Positions 30,614 through 39,745 of a DNA stretch of 40,019 nucleotides are shown piece by piece (the first letter of the stretch is position 1; each line of letters starts with the position of its first letter). Made by a program: the position numbers and the translations under genes. Origin of the DNA: a virus; IMG/VR virus record IMGVR_UViG_3300034072_000784, positions 1 to 40,019 of that record. One strand, given 5' to 3'. The notes beneath the pieces were generated by a model. The model was not told the origin of the DNA. It did not search any database and saw nothing but the letters and a program-made list of their open reading frames with translations.

Positions 30614-31348
30614 ATGGGGATCGAAGATATTTTCAACATGCAGGGCGAGATCAACGATCAGCGTGACGAAGCGCTTGAAAAGATCGAGGATTTGGCTCCG
30701 ATTGAAGAGAGTATCGAACCGGAAGTTCCGGTAGTTGACCCTGAACCTGTTGCTGAACCCGAAAGGGAGGATAAGAGCGTTCCGCTCCCAACCTTCCTAG
30801 ACATGCGAGACAAGCAGAAAGAGGCTGAGCGCCGTGCCGCAGAAGCGGAGCGCCGACTGGCTGAACTGGAAGCGAGCAAGCAGAAGCAGCAGGCACCCGA
30901 TCCATTTGACGACCCGCAGGGTTATCAGGCGTACCAGAGCCGTCAGGTTCAGGAGGCTGTGATTGCTCAGAAGTTCGATATGAGCGACCTTATTGCTCGG
31001 CAGGCGCATGGCGATGAAGCGGTGGAAGCCGCAACGACATGGGCGGCTGAAAAGGCGAAGGCCAATCCGGCTTTTGCTGCTGAGTATATGAAAGAGCGCC
31101 ACCCTATCGACTGGATCGTCCGACAGCACAAGCGTGACAGCCTGATGAGCCAAGTCGGCGAAGACCCGGATGAATTTGTCCGTCGCCGTGCCGCAGAATT
31201 GGGCCTGATCGCACCGGCTGCTCAGGCAGTCGAACCGCAACAGGTGGCGACGCCCGCAAGAAGTCTGGCTTCCACGCCCTCCAAGATCGGAGCGGTCAAG
31301 GATGTACCCGTTGGACCTATGACGGCGCTCAACACCCTATTCAAATAG
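30614..31348 (+). CDS. scaffolding protein
   Basis: An acidic, helical, Ala/Glu-rich ORF immediately upstream of the capsid gene. GGAG lies upstream of ATG 30614; the track start is 30566. Confidence 0.7.
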   Translation: MGIEDIFNMQGEINDQRDEALEKIEDLAPIEESIEPEVPVVDPEPVAEPEREDKSVPLPTFLDMRDKQKEAERRAAEAERRLAELEASKQKQQAPDPFDDPQGYQAYQSRQVQEAVIAQKFDMSDLIARQAHGDEAVEAATTWAAEKAKANPAFAAEYMKERHPIDWIVRQHKRDSLMSQVGEDPDEFVRRRAAELGLIAPAAQAVEPQQVATPARSLASTPSKIGAVKDVPVGPMTALNTLFK

Positions 31349-31358
31349 GGCATGAGAA

Positions 31359-32498
31359 ATGGCAGAAGTGATTTTGGCCTCGGCCAGTGAAAAGCAGGTT
31401 TGGACGAACAAGTTTCTTCTCGAATACGTCCGCGAGAGTTCTTTCCTCCCCTACATGGGTACCTCGGCAAGCAGCATCATCCGCATTCGGAATGAGTTGC
31501 AGCAGCAGGGTGGGGCCTATCTCAATGTTCCGCTGATTACGCGCCTCAAGGGTCGTGGCGTCCGTGGTGCGGAGGTTCTCAAGGGCAATGAAGACGACCT
31601 GGGCAACTACAACGATCAGGTTCGGATCGACTGGATCAGGAACGCGGTCAAGGTTCCCAAGTCCACCAGCTACAAGACCGATATCGACCTGTTCGAGGCC
31701 GCCAAGCCGCAGCTTCGCACCTGGGACGCGGAAGTCCTGCGCGATGACGTGATTGACGCTTTCGCCTCGATCATCATCAAGGGCAACCCTGACGCAAACG
31801 GCATTGCTGGCACTGACAGCGCCGTCCTGTACGATCAGGCGAGCGCGGCGCAGCGCAATGCCTTCCTTGTGAACAACAAGGATCGCATCCTGTTCGGCAG
31901 CAGCAAGTCCAATTCGTCCTCGAACGTTTGGGCAACCTCGCTGGCTAACGTTGACAGCACCAACGACAAACTGTCGGCTTCGACCATCACGCTCGCCAAG
32001 CGCATGGCTCGCACCGCTGGCCAGACGACCGGCTCGATCAATATTCGTCCGTTCAAGTCGGATATGACGGCTGGCCGTGAATGGTTCGTGCTGTTCGCCA
32101 ACAGCCTTGCATTCCGCGACCTGACGCAGGACCAGACCATCATCAACGCCAACACGCAGGCTCGTGCGCGTGAAGGTGACGGGATGGAGCGTAACCCGCT
32201 GTTCCAGGATGGCGACCTGATCTACAACGGCGTCATCATCCGCGAAGTGCCGGAACTGCCGGTCATCACGGGCGCGGGTGCTGGTGGTATCGATGTTGGC
32301 ATGAGCTTCCTGTGTGGTCAGTCGGCCATTGCGGTTGCTTACGGTCAGGATCCGATGCTGCGCGTGGACCTCAAGGAAGATTACGAGTTCCGCCCCGGTG
32401 TCGCCATTGAGGAACTGCGTGGCCAGAAGAAGGTCAGCTATAACGGCGTCCAGTATGGATGTGTGACCCTCATCAACAGCGCTGTCGCCGACGCTTAA
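31359..32498 (+). CDS. major capsid protein (HK97-fold; resembles the DUF4043/N4 gp56-type family from memory)
   Basis: 379 aa, positioned after the scaffold gene. Family assignment unverified. Confidence 0.85.
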   Translation: MAEVILASASEKQVWTNKFLLEYVRESSFLPYMGTSASSIIRIRNELQQQGGAYLNVPLITRLKGRGVRGAEVLKGNEDDLGNYNDQVRIDWIRNAVKVPKSTSYKTDIDLFEAAKPQLRTWDAEVLRDDVIDAFASIIIKGNPDANGIAGTDSAVLYDQASAAQRNAFLVNNKDRILFGSSKSNSSSNVWATSLANVDSTNDKLSASTITLAKRMARTAGQTTGSINIRPFKSDMTAGREWFVLFANSLAFRDLTQDQTIINANTQARAREGDGMERNPLFQDGDLIYNGVIIREVPELPVITGAGAGGIDVGMSFLCGQSAIAVAYGQDPMLRVDLKEDYEFRPGVAIEELRGQKKVSYNGVQYGCVTLINSAVADA

Positions 32499-32510
32499 GG
32501 AGTAATTGAC

Positions 32511-32978
32511 ATGGCTGATCTTTATTCTGTTGAACTTGGCGGAACCCGTGCACTGACCGGCGCTCGCACCTATCCGGTGTCGGGCGTTGGCATGGGTGGC
32601 CGCACCACGCACGCAGCACGCGGTGAATACACCATCACGGCGGCGCTTGCCCTGAACGATACCATCCAGCTTTTTGACCTCCCGCCCAATGCTCGCATTG
32701 TGTCGGGCTTCATCAAGTCGGACGACCTTGACAGCGGCGGCACCGGCCTGCGTATCGATGTTGGCGATGCTGGCGACACTGACCGTTATCTGACGGGCGG
32801 TGCTGGCACTCCCGGCCCGGTCGCGGGCGTTACGAACGTGCTGGCGGCGACTGCTTACGATTATGTCACCACGGCAAAAACCCGCGTCTATGCGACCGTT
32901 TCGGTTGCTCCGACCACGGGTGCAACGACCGGAACCTTCGTTGTGGTTCTGGAATATATGGTGAATGAGCCTAAGTAA
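32511..32978 (+). CDS. capsid-associated (decoration-like) protein
   Basis: 155 aa, Gly/Thr-rich, directly after the capsid gene, with AAGGAG upstream. Confidence 0.65.
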   Translation: MADLYSVELGGTRALTGARTYPVSGVGMGGRTTHAARGEYTITAALALNDTIQLFDLPPNARIVSGFIKSDDLDSGGTGLRIDVGDAGDTDRYLTGGAGTPGPVAGVTNVLAATAYDYVTTAKTRVYATVSVAPTTGATTGTFVVVLEYMVNEPK

Positions 32979-32988
32979 GGAGGCCGTT

Positions 32989-33306
32989 ATGGCACAGGTG
33001 ACTTGGCTGGGGGATGAAGATCCCGAAGCGCAGGTAATCACCATGTTTGGGCACGAATTTGTCAAGGGCGTTCCGACGAGTGTCCCTGACAAAGACCCAT
33101 CCATGGAGAAGCTGAAAGGCAATGCCTTCTTTTCGGTCGGCAAGGGTGGCGACGTGGTTGAAAGCCACGAACCCGATCCGGTTGATCCAGACGAAGGCAC
33201 GGAGCGCGCAGCGGTGAAGGCTGAGCTTGACCGTATGAACGTCAAGTATGACGGACGGGCGAAGCTGGAAACCTTGCGCGAAGCCCTGGCGAAGGCCAAG
33301 GCGTAA
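32989..33306 (+). CDS. head-associated hypothetical protein (105 aa)
   Basis: AAGGAGG 6 nt upstream of ATG 32989. Confidence 0.65.
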   Translation: MAQVTWLGDEDPEAQVITMFGHEFVKGVPTSVPDKDPSMEKLKGNAFFSVGKGGDVVESHEPDPVDPDEGTERAAVKAELDRMNVKYDGRAKLETLREALAKAKA

Positions 33307-33948
33307 GTGGCGGACACTTACTCCTGTCTGGATATTGTGAAGGGCGCTCTGCGAAAGCTGGGCGTCCTCGCATCCGGTCGCGAGCCTCGCGCCGTAGACC
33401 GTGACGACACGTTCGAGGCCCTCAAGGGCATGTATCGCCAGATGGTGAATAACGGCACACTTGGTCGTCTATGCGACGTTGTGCCAACTTCCGATTATAC
33501 CGCCCATCCGAACGAGCGTATATATCGCTCGTCTGATACGGCTGAACTGTCCATCACACTCCCTGAACTGGTAAACAAGTGGGAGTTTTGGGCGGGCTAT
33601 AACATATTCGGGCTTTATCCCACGGAGCCGGAGGGTCGCAACCTCACCACGCCGCGAGACTGTTCGGTCGTCACCATTTCTGACGCCGTGGTAGGCTCTA
33701 CATATGACTTCATCTATGATGGCCAGTTGAAGCGCTGGGAAGGTATCTACGCGCTTGAGATAGAAGATAGAGCGCCCCTCGCATGGCGTGATCCACAGGG
33801 GCTTATGGCGTCTCTCGCCGTACAGGTTGCGGACGAATTTGGCGCTCAGGTGGGGCCGTCAGCCAACTATCAGGCACGCTCATTCATGACGAGCCTGACG
33901 AGCCGCTACAGCACGCCAATCAGACAGCAGCCGGGGGTGTATTACTGA
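33307..33948 (+). CDS. P22 gp4-like head-to-tail adaptor
   Basis: GTG start. The N-terminal DIVKGALRKLGV closely parallels the P22 gp4 motif DLVRAALRKLGV. Confidence 0.7.
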   Translation: MADTYSCLDIVKGALRKLGVLASGREPRAVDRDDTFEALKGMYRQMVNNGTLGRLCDVVPTSDYTAHPNERIYRSSDTAELSITLPELVNKWEFWAGYNIFGLYPTEPEGRNLTTPRDCSVVTISDAVVGSTYDFIYDGQLKRWEGIYALEIEDRAPLAWRDPQGLMASLAVQVADEFGAQVGPSANYQARSFMTSLTSRYSTPIRQQPGVYY

Positions 33949-34081
33949 TGGTCGATCAGTTCGCGCGGCGTGGCGGGCAGTTCTATTTTTTATATGCTGA
34001 TCCAGAATATAGGCACCGGCATATTCGAGGGTGTCATTTCCATTCGCTGGAAAGAAAGGGTTTGAAAGAGGTGATTTGCCA

Positions 34082-34492
34082 ATGACAGCACTATCGACAA
34101 ATTCCATCGCCCAACCTGTCTACGTGGTGGATGGCGTTACCGGCTCCCCATCCTCGACCAGTGGGACAACCGCGAACCCGACTGTCACGCAGACGGCGCA
34201 AAACACCTACACGCTTGCCAGCAATGTCGCGTCCCTCGCCGCACAGACGGGGACCACGCCTGTCACCGGAGTGAAGTCCGGTGTCTATGTCTGGGATGCG
34301 CAATTCACCGGCACCGGCCCGCTTGTTCTCCAGTCCCTTGGCTCCGATGGGGTGACGTGGCGCACGGTGGCCAGCCTTGCTGCATCTGGTGCATTTGCCG
34401 GGGAAATCCGCATTGGAGCTAACGCCCAGGTGCGTGTTTTCAATAACCATGCGACCGACCCTGTAACGTCCGTCTATTCGAGCCTAAGCTGA
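34082..34492 (+). CDS. hypothetical Thr/Ser/Gly-rich virion protein (136 aa)
   Basis: AAGAGGTGA lies upstream of ATG 34082. GTG 34031 is an alternative start. Confidence 0.6.
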   Translation: MTALSTNSIAQPVYVVDGVTGSPSSTSGTTANPTVTQTAQNTYTLASNVASLAAQTGTTPVTGVKSGVYVWDAQFTGTGPLVLQSLGSDGVTWRTVASLAASGAFAGEIRIGANAQVRVFNNHATDPVTSVYSSLS

Positions 34493-34614
34493 TGGCTGTG
34501 ACGGCATGGGCACCAGGGCAACCCCTTCCGCTTGAAGAGCAGTTCCTAATAGGAACTGACGGGCAGCAGCTTATCGGAGATGATGGCGAAGAATTATATG
34601 GAGAAATTCAATGA
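34492..34614 (+). CDS. 40-aa acidic micro-protein upstream of tailspike
   Basis: TGATG overlap at its start and ATGA overlap at its end. Peptide: ...GTDGQQLIGDDGEELYGEIQ. Confidence 0.4.
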   Translation: MAVTAWAPGQPLPLEEQFLIGTDGQQLIGDDGEELYGEIQ

Positions 34615-36494
34615 GCCGCCTGCTGAACGCTGAAGATATCCGCAATGCGACCGGGATGGTATCGCTGTTCCGCTTTCTGTCTACCGCGCAGATCGCGGCT
34701 GTAACGGGCCGGACATTCAGTGTCGACCTCACCGCCGCAATCCAGTCCGCGTTTGACAGTGGCGAGGCGCTGATCGCTCCGCCGGGCGGCTACCTCCTCG
34801 ACGGGCCGGTCTACACGCCCAACACCGCGGCATTTAGGCTTCAGGGCTTCGGCAAGAAGACCGAGTTCCGCCCCGCCCAGGCCATCCCCTTCATGATCCG
34901 CAAGCGCGACCGCGCGGACGGCGCGACCATCGAGCCGGTGGACATCACCGACCTGTACTTCGACTGCAACCGGCTGGCCGACAGCGCGATGTGGATCGGC
35001 ATCGGCAAGAAGGGCCGGATTGGTAACATCATCATCGATGACATGCTGGTCCATGCGATCAAGCTTGGCGACGACGAAGACACGCAAGTGAGCGCCTTCT
35101 ACGAGAACCTCATCAGCCACATCGTCATCGACGGTGGGGCGGAATATGCCGGGTCGGCCGGAACGATGCCCGACTACGGACTGGTGGGCACAAAGAACGC
35201 CACCGACAACCTGATCCAGCACATCCAGGTAGGTTATGTATCGGAGGCCGCCGCGATGCTTGCCGGGGGGTTCAACACCGCGCAGAAGGTCCACGGCTAC
35301 GGCCTCAACAGTGCCGACACCGGGCCGAAATACTGCGTCCACGCCAAGGCGGCGATGAACATCATCGACATCGAGGCCGACAACGTGACGGTGGCTGGCG
35401 TGAAGGTCAGCGCCAACAATGTGCAGGTGACGGCAGGCTCCTATTATTGGGCGTCCGACAACACGCCTTCGGTCGGTGGCGCGGTGCCTGTAGAGGTTGA
35501 TGAGCTGAGCGCGGTCGATGGCGCGACCATTTCCGCCGTGCAGGTCAATGGCGGCCAGATACGCGGCGGCAATACAGCGAACCCTGCCGTCCGCTGGCTC
35601 GGTCCCAACCGTCCGTCGAGCCTCGTCGTCATTCCCATGACTGGCACCTACGCGCCACAGGCGGGCGATGAGCATAACAGCATCCGGGGCAACCTGCTCC
35701 AGCGGGGATTCACCGGCGTCGACGCGAAGCACCGCATCCAGGCTCAGTCCAACACCGTGCGGGCGTCCGTCACCTATGATGCGAACGGTACCGAATTCCA
35801 CCGCGAGGGGACGGACGGGACGAGCGTATCGGACTGGACCAAGGACTACTGGAACGGCTCAGCGTGGGTCGAAGTCGCCCGGCTGAAGCGCGCCACGGGC
35901 GCGTTCACCTTCAACGGATCGTCCGTCCGCAAGCGTCGCGCCCGCTATGCCGGACAGTGGTTCAATCCCGTGCCGGGATCGTCCGTCCAGACGGGCAGCG
36001 CGGCGACCGGGGCGGATAGCCTTCGCCTGGTGCCGTTCTACCTTGACCAGGCGGTGGCGCTCTCCAACCTCGGCCTGCGCGTTACGACGACCGGCAGTGG
36101 TAATTTCCTGCTCGCCATCTATGCCGACGACGGCGCGGGCAAGCCGACCGGAAGCCCGTTGGCGGTTGCGGCCGCAGGCGCGACAAGCAGCGCGGCCGCG
36201 ATTGTCGTCAACCTCTCAAGCTCTCTCAATCTGGAACCGGGTGCCTATTGGGTGGCATTCCTCTCCAGTGACGCGACCGCAGTGTTTCAATGCTATGCGA
36301 GCGGAAACGCGCAGATGGCACACGAGGCAGGCGCGCTGACATTGGGAGGCGTATCCACCGGCGCATCGACCAGCTTCGCGGGCTATTCGATGGCATCGAG
36401 CTATGCTGGCGGGATGCCTGATCTCACGGGCGCGAGCCTGACCGCAGTGTCCGCGTCAACGACGCCAGCCATGTATCTTAGAATTGCGCCTTAA
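34611..36494 (+). CDS. tailspike/depolymerase-like protein (beta-helix-like), GC-rich
   Basis: 627 aa. GC is about 65-67% in the lines I counted and third positions are strongly G/C. Sequence character fits the pectate-lyase superfamily. Confidence 0.75.
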   Translation: MSRLLNAEDIRNATGMVSLFRFLSTAQIAAVTGRTFSVDLTAAIQSAFDSGEALIAPPGGYLLDGPVYTPNTAAFRLQGFGKKTEFRPAQAIPFMIRKRDRADGATIEPVDITDLYFDCNRLADSAMWIGIGKKGRIGNIIIDDMLVHAIKLGDDEDTQVSAFYENLISHIVIDGGAEYAGSAGTMPDYGLVGTKNATDNLIQHIQVGYVSEAAAMLAGGFNTAQKVHGYGLNSADTGPKYCVHAKAAMNIIDIEADNVTVAGVKVSANNVQVTAGSYYWASDNTPSVGGAVPVEVDELSAVDGATISAVQVNGGQIRGGNTANPAVRWLGPNRPSSLVVIPMTGTYAPQAGDEHNSIRGNLLQRGFTGVDAKHRIQAQSNTVRASVTYDANGTEFHREGTDGTSVSDWTKDYWNGSAWVEVARLKRATGAFTFNGSSVRKRRARYAGQWFNPVPGSSVQTGSAATGADSLRLVPFYLDQAVALSNLGLRVTTTGSGNFLLAIYADDGAGKPTGSPLAVAAAGATSSAAAIVVNLSSSLNLEPGAYWVAFLSSDATAVFQCYASGNAQMAHEAGALTLGGVSTGASTSFAGYSMASSYAGGMPDLTGASLTAVSASTTPAMYLRIAP

Positions 36495-36504
36495 CCGATC
36501 AAAA

Positions 36505-37854
36505 ATGATCCACAATAAAGGGTTAAATTCTGTGCCGCAGATACCTTTGGGAAACGCCGCATATAAAAGGGATGTCGGTTTTCAGACCGAAGTCCTGCTC
36601 GAAAATCTCGTCATGGAAAAGGACGACAGCGGCGCGTCTCCTGATGGCTTTATGCGTATCCAGAGGCCTGGCCTTACAGCAAACTACACGATTAACTCGC
36701 CGGTGCGCGGACTTTATCAGCAACAGGGTATATTCGACGGCGATGTTTTTTCCGTTGGAGGGTCAAACTTCTACCGTGACCAAACTCTGGTTAGCGCCAT
36801 AACAGGTACGGGCATCGCCTCAATGGCAAGCAGCATAGACCGTATCGGCGTTGTGCTGAACCCAAATTTCTACACTTATGACGGCACACTGGATCAGGTT
36901 ACAGTCCCTGACGACAGGGAGGCAATCGACCTTGAGCAGCTAAATTCGTATCTGATCGTGCTTACGCCGACAGGCCGCTTCTACTGGCTTGTACCGGGTG
37001 AGGCGGCAATTGATCCGCTGGACTTCGCCAATGCAGAAAGCAGCCCCGATGGCGGGGTGGCGGTGAAGCGGCTTGTCGATGAACTGTTCTTTTTCAACAC
37101 CACCACGGTTGAGGTGTGGCAGACGACAGGCGACCTGAACGCGCCATTTCAGCGAGCGGCTGGCCGCATATACGATAAGGGATGCCTGAACAAGGATACG
37201 GTGCAGCGCTTCGATAATTCCATTATATGGGTTGGCGACGACCTGTCTGTTTATCGCGCCTCACAGGTTCCGCAAGACATTGGATCACCCTTCCTGTCTG
37301 AGAGGCTCCGCAAGCGGACTGGCGACCCCACTGCTATCGTTCTGAAATTTGACGACCATGAAGTCTATGTCCTTCGCATTCCCGGCCAGGGGTCCTTTGC
37401 CTTCGATGCACTGACACAGACATGGAGCGACTGGAAGACTTACGGGATGACGGAATGGACCCCGCATGTCGCTGTCGGTGAGGTTGATTTGGTAGGGGAC
37501 AGCGCTACCGGCAAAATATGGCGGTTCGATCCTGAAAACGGGACGGATGACGGCTTGCCAATCGTCCGCAAAGTTACAGGGACTATTTCCATCCCATCCC
37601 GCCCTGTTGCTTCCAGCAATTTCACGGTTGGTGTTGGCGCGTCCGATGACACTACCGCCTATATCCGGTGGAAGGATGGTAGGGACGAGTGGCCCGCATA
37701 TTATGAGGATATTGAGGTTCGCGCGCCATATGACATTGTGAATATCTACCGCACCGGCCAGATGCGCGAGCCTTTTAGGTCATGGGAGGTTATGTTTGAC
37801 GGACCTGAAAGGGTAAGGATAAGTGCTGCCCTGTTCGCGGAGGCATGGGCATGA
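36505..37854 (+). CDS. P22 gp10-like tail hub protein
   Basis: AESSPDGGVAVKRLVDELFFFNTTTVEVWQTTGD parallels the P22 gp10 motif ESQPDGIIGIGTWRDFIVCFGSSTIEYFSLTGA. GTG 36532 would give MPQIPL, resembling the P22 N-terminus MPIQQLP. Confidence 0.75.
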   Translation: MIHNKGLNSVPQIPLGNAAYKRDVGFQTEVLLENLVMEKDDSGASPDGFMRIQRPGLTANYTINSPVRGLYQQQGIFDGDVFSVGGSNFYRDQTLVSAITGTGIASMASSIDRIGVVLNPNFYTYDGTLDQVTVPDDREAIDLEQLNSYLIVLTPTGRFYWLVPGEAAIDPLDFANAESSPDGGVAVKRLVDELFFFNTTTVEVWQTTGDLNAPFQRAAGRIYDKGCLNKDTVQRFDNSIIWVGDDLSVYRASQVPQDIGSPFLSERLRKRTGDPTAIVLKFDDHEVYVLRIPGQGSFAFDALTQTWSDWKTYGMTEWTPHVAVGEVDLVGDSATGKIWRFDPENGTDDGLPIVRKVTGTISIPSRPVASSNFTVGVGASDDTTAYIRWKDGRDEWPAYYEDIEVRAPYDIVNIYRTGQMREPFRSWEVMFDGPERVRISAALFAEAWA

Positions 37855-38444
37855 CAATTCCGCCAAGGGCGCAGAAATTTCGGCAGGACAGACAGATAGT
37901 CGATCCAAAAAATGGGTATCCGACCACTGAGTTCCTGCGCAATATCAATAGCGGCCTCGACCTGTTGAATTACCTTGCTGACATTCAAGCGGCGGCAGAT
38001 GCTGCCAATGCAGCAGCGGCGGCGGCTCAGGCGTCGGCAGATGCAGCGCTTGCGGCTGCGAATGGCACTGCTGACGCCTACGCTCTGGCAAATTCATACC
38101 CAACCGGACTGACGATCACTTCTGTTGATGTTGGGGCTGGCACGTCCTCGACCATCAACATATCTGCGCACAGTCGGGTTTATGCAACCGCTCCACCGAC
38201 AACAGTTTCTGTTGATGCGGGGGCCATTCCATCGCTTGCGCCATCGACAAGGTATTACATCTATTATGACGATCCATCACGCGCGGGCGGTTCTGTCGCC
38301 TATGTAGCGACCACAAGCAAATCCAATGTCGCCCAGGTAGGGGACAGACATTCGGTCGGCACGATTGTGACGCCAGCACCATCAGCCGGGCCTACCAATG
38401 GTGGAGGCGTTACCCCACCGGGTGGAAACTATGATGAGCCTTGA
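37845..38444 (+). CDS. tail needle/plug-like protein (positional analogue of P22 gp26)
   Basis: It has an Ala-rich coiled-coil centre (AAADAANAAAAAAQASADAALAAANG) and a C-terminal beta-rich domain. Confidence 0.6.
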   Translation: MGMTIPPRAQKFRQDRQIVDPKNGYPTTEFLRNINSGLDLLNYLADIQAAADAANAAAAAAQASADAALAAANGTADAYALANSYPTGLTITSVDVGAGTSSTINISAHSRVYATAPPTTVSVDAGAIPSLAPSTRYYIYYDDPSRAGGSVAYVATTSKSNVAQVGDRHSVGTIVTPAPSAGPTNGGGVTPPGGNYDEP

Positions 38445-38453
38445 TATGAAAGA

Positions 38454-38467
38454 GGTATCCTGATACC
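38454..38467. promoter_or_regulatory. palindrome GGTATC-ct-GATACC
   Basis: It has the same arms as the palindrome at 30475..30488 and lies in the intergenic gap before gene 38475. Confidence 0.4.
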
Positions 38468-38474
38468 GTTCCGC

Positions 38475-38900
38475 ATGAGAATTTACGACGCCTCCATTGT
38501 GAATGAGATTGCCAACATTCCAGAGGTTTCGCGGGAGTTGTCCGTTGATGGCGAGGAGTGCGAGTTTGACTTTTCAGACGCCATTGCAAGCCGATCAAGT
38601 GTGTTTCTGCACTGTGGCGGTGGTGTCGGAATGTTCTTCTGGTCCGCTCCCCGCGTCTATGAGTGTCATATCCTGTTCCCTCCAGACAAGCGAGGGGCCA
38701 ATGCTTTCCAAGCCTGCCTTGCCATGCGTGACGAAATGATGGGCATGGCTGATATGTTGTGGGGCCAGCCAAAGCTTTCCAACCGCAAGGCAATCTGCCT
38801 GATCCGCAGGCTTGGCTTTTCCCCGGCTGGCATTGGTGAAAATCCGATTATCGGCCCTGTTCAATATCTCGTTTATGGAGGTGTGAAATGCCACCCGTAG
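38475..38900 (+). CDS. hypothetical protein at the P22 gp14 position (141 aa)
   Basis: ORF lies between the needle-like and ejection genes. Function is inferred from position only. Confidence 0.6.
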   Translation: MRIYDASIVNEIANIPEVSRELSVDGEECEFDFSDAIASRSSVFLHCGGGVGMFFWSAPRVYECHILFPPDKRGANAFQACLAMRDEMMGMADMLWGQPKLSNRKAICLIRRLGFSPAGIGENPIIGPVQYLVYGGVKCHP

Positions 38901-39745
38901 TTGTTGCGGCAGGCGTGGCAGCCGTTGGTGCTGGCGCCTCCGCTGCCATCAATTCGAGCGCAGCAAAGAAGGCGTCGAAGACGCAGGCAAACGCCGCTAA
39001 TGCTCAGATCGCGGCGGCAGAGGCGAACCGTGATTATCAATATAACCTGAACGCGCCAACGATTGACGCGGGCAATCGTGCCAATGAACTATATTCAGGG
39101 TTCCTTGGCGCTGGAGACCCCGCGAAAGCGACTGATTGGGCTGCGTATGTCAGGGCAAACCCTGATGCCATGGCAAACTGGATGGCTATTCAGGGGTCAA
39201 CCGATGCTGCGCCGTTCAATGGGGACATTGCGGCTTTTGGTCAGTATCACTACAACAAGGATGGAGCGCGGCGAGATATCTCTGCCTTTACCGATACTGG
39301 CGGCGGTTCTCAGGCGGCACTTGACACGTTCCGCAATTCATCGGGATATCAGGACTTGCTCAAGCAGGGCTTGGGCGCGGTCAATGCTAACGCCTACGCT
39401 TCGGGCATGGGAGATAGTGGCGCTACGCTCAAGGCTCTACAGGATCGCGGCACGAATATCGCCAACAGTTCTGCGCAGCAATGGCTTGGCAATCTCGGAA
39501 ACCTGATGAGCGCAGGCGGTCAGGCGCGCGGGCTTGTGGCTGGCATCGGAACGAACACGGTCAACAGCACCAATCAGTCAACGCAAAACGCGGCCAACGT
39601 TTCGAGCAACGCCACGCTTGCCAGCGCTGGACAGACCAGTTCCGCATTGCAAGGGCTGCTTAATGCAGGCGCGTATGCCTATTCTTCCAGCTACGGACAA
39701 CCGCAGAATAGCCCATACGGCGGATCGCTTGGGGGTATTTACTAA
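38888..39745 (+). CDS. internal virion/ejection protein (gp7-position)
   Basis: GGAGGTG SD. It has a hydrophobic N-terminus (VVVAAGVAAVGAGASAAI) and is Ala/Asn/Gly/Ser-rich. Confidence 0.7.
   Translation: MPPVVVAAGVAAVGAGASAAINSSAAKKASKTQANAANAQIAAAEANRDYQYNLNAPTIDAGNRANELYSGFLGAGDPAKATDWAAYVRANPDAMANWMAIQGSTDAAPFNGDIAAFGQYHYNKDGARRDISAFTDTGGGSQAALDTFRNSSGYQDLLKQGLGAVNANAYASGMGDSGATLKALQDRGTNIANSSAQQWLGNLGNLMSAGGQARGLVAGIGTNTVNSTNQSTQNAANVSSNATLASAGQTSSALQGLLNAGAYAYSSSYGQPQNSPYGGSLGGIY

Noticed and set aside
31341-33317. 658-aa ORF on the minus strand, the second-longest ORF in the window
   Set aside because: It lies exactly antisense to the scaffold end, the major capsid gene and three downstream head genes, which have clear SDs, synteny and protein-like sequences. 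Its own translation is Arg/Ala/Gly/Ser-rich low-information sequence with no SD. This is typical of shadow ORFs in GC-rich coding DNA.
33948-34085. 45-aa ORF with TGATG and ATGA overlaps at both ends, between the gp4-like gene and gene 34082
   Set aside because: The stretch is AT-rich and looks intergenic or promoter-like. The peptide (His/Arg/Tyr-rich) is unconvincing, and the region competes with the GTG 34031 extension of the next gene. I therefore did not list it as a feature.
34608-35801. 397-aa minus-strand ORF
   Set aside because: It is antisense to the very GC-rich tailspike gene. High GC3 on the sense strand suppresses stops on the antisense strand. The plus-strand ORF is longer, is coupled to its neighbours and reads like a beta-helix protein.
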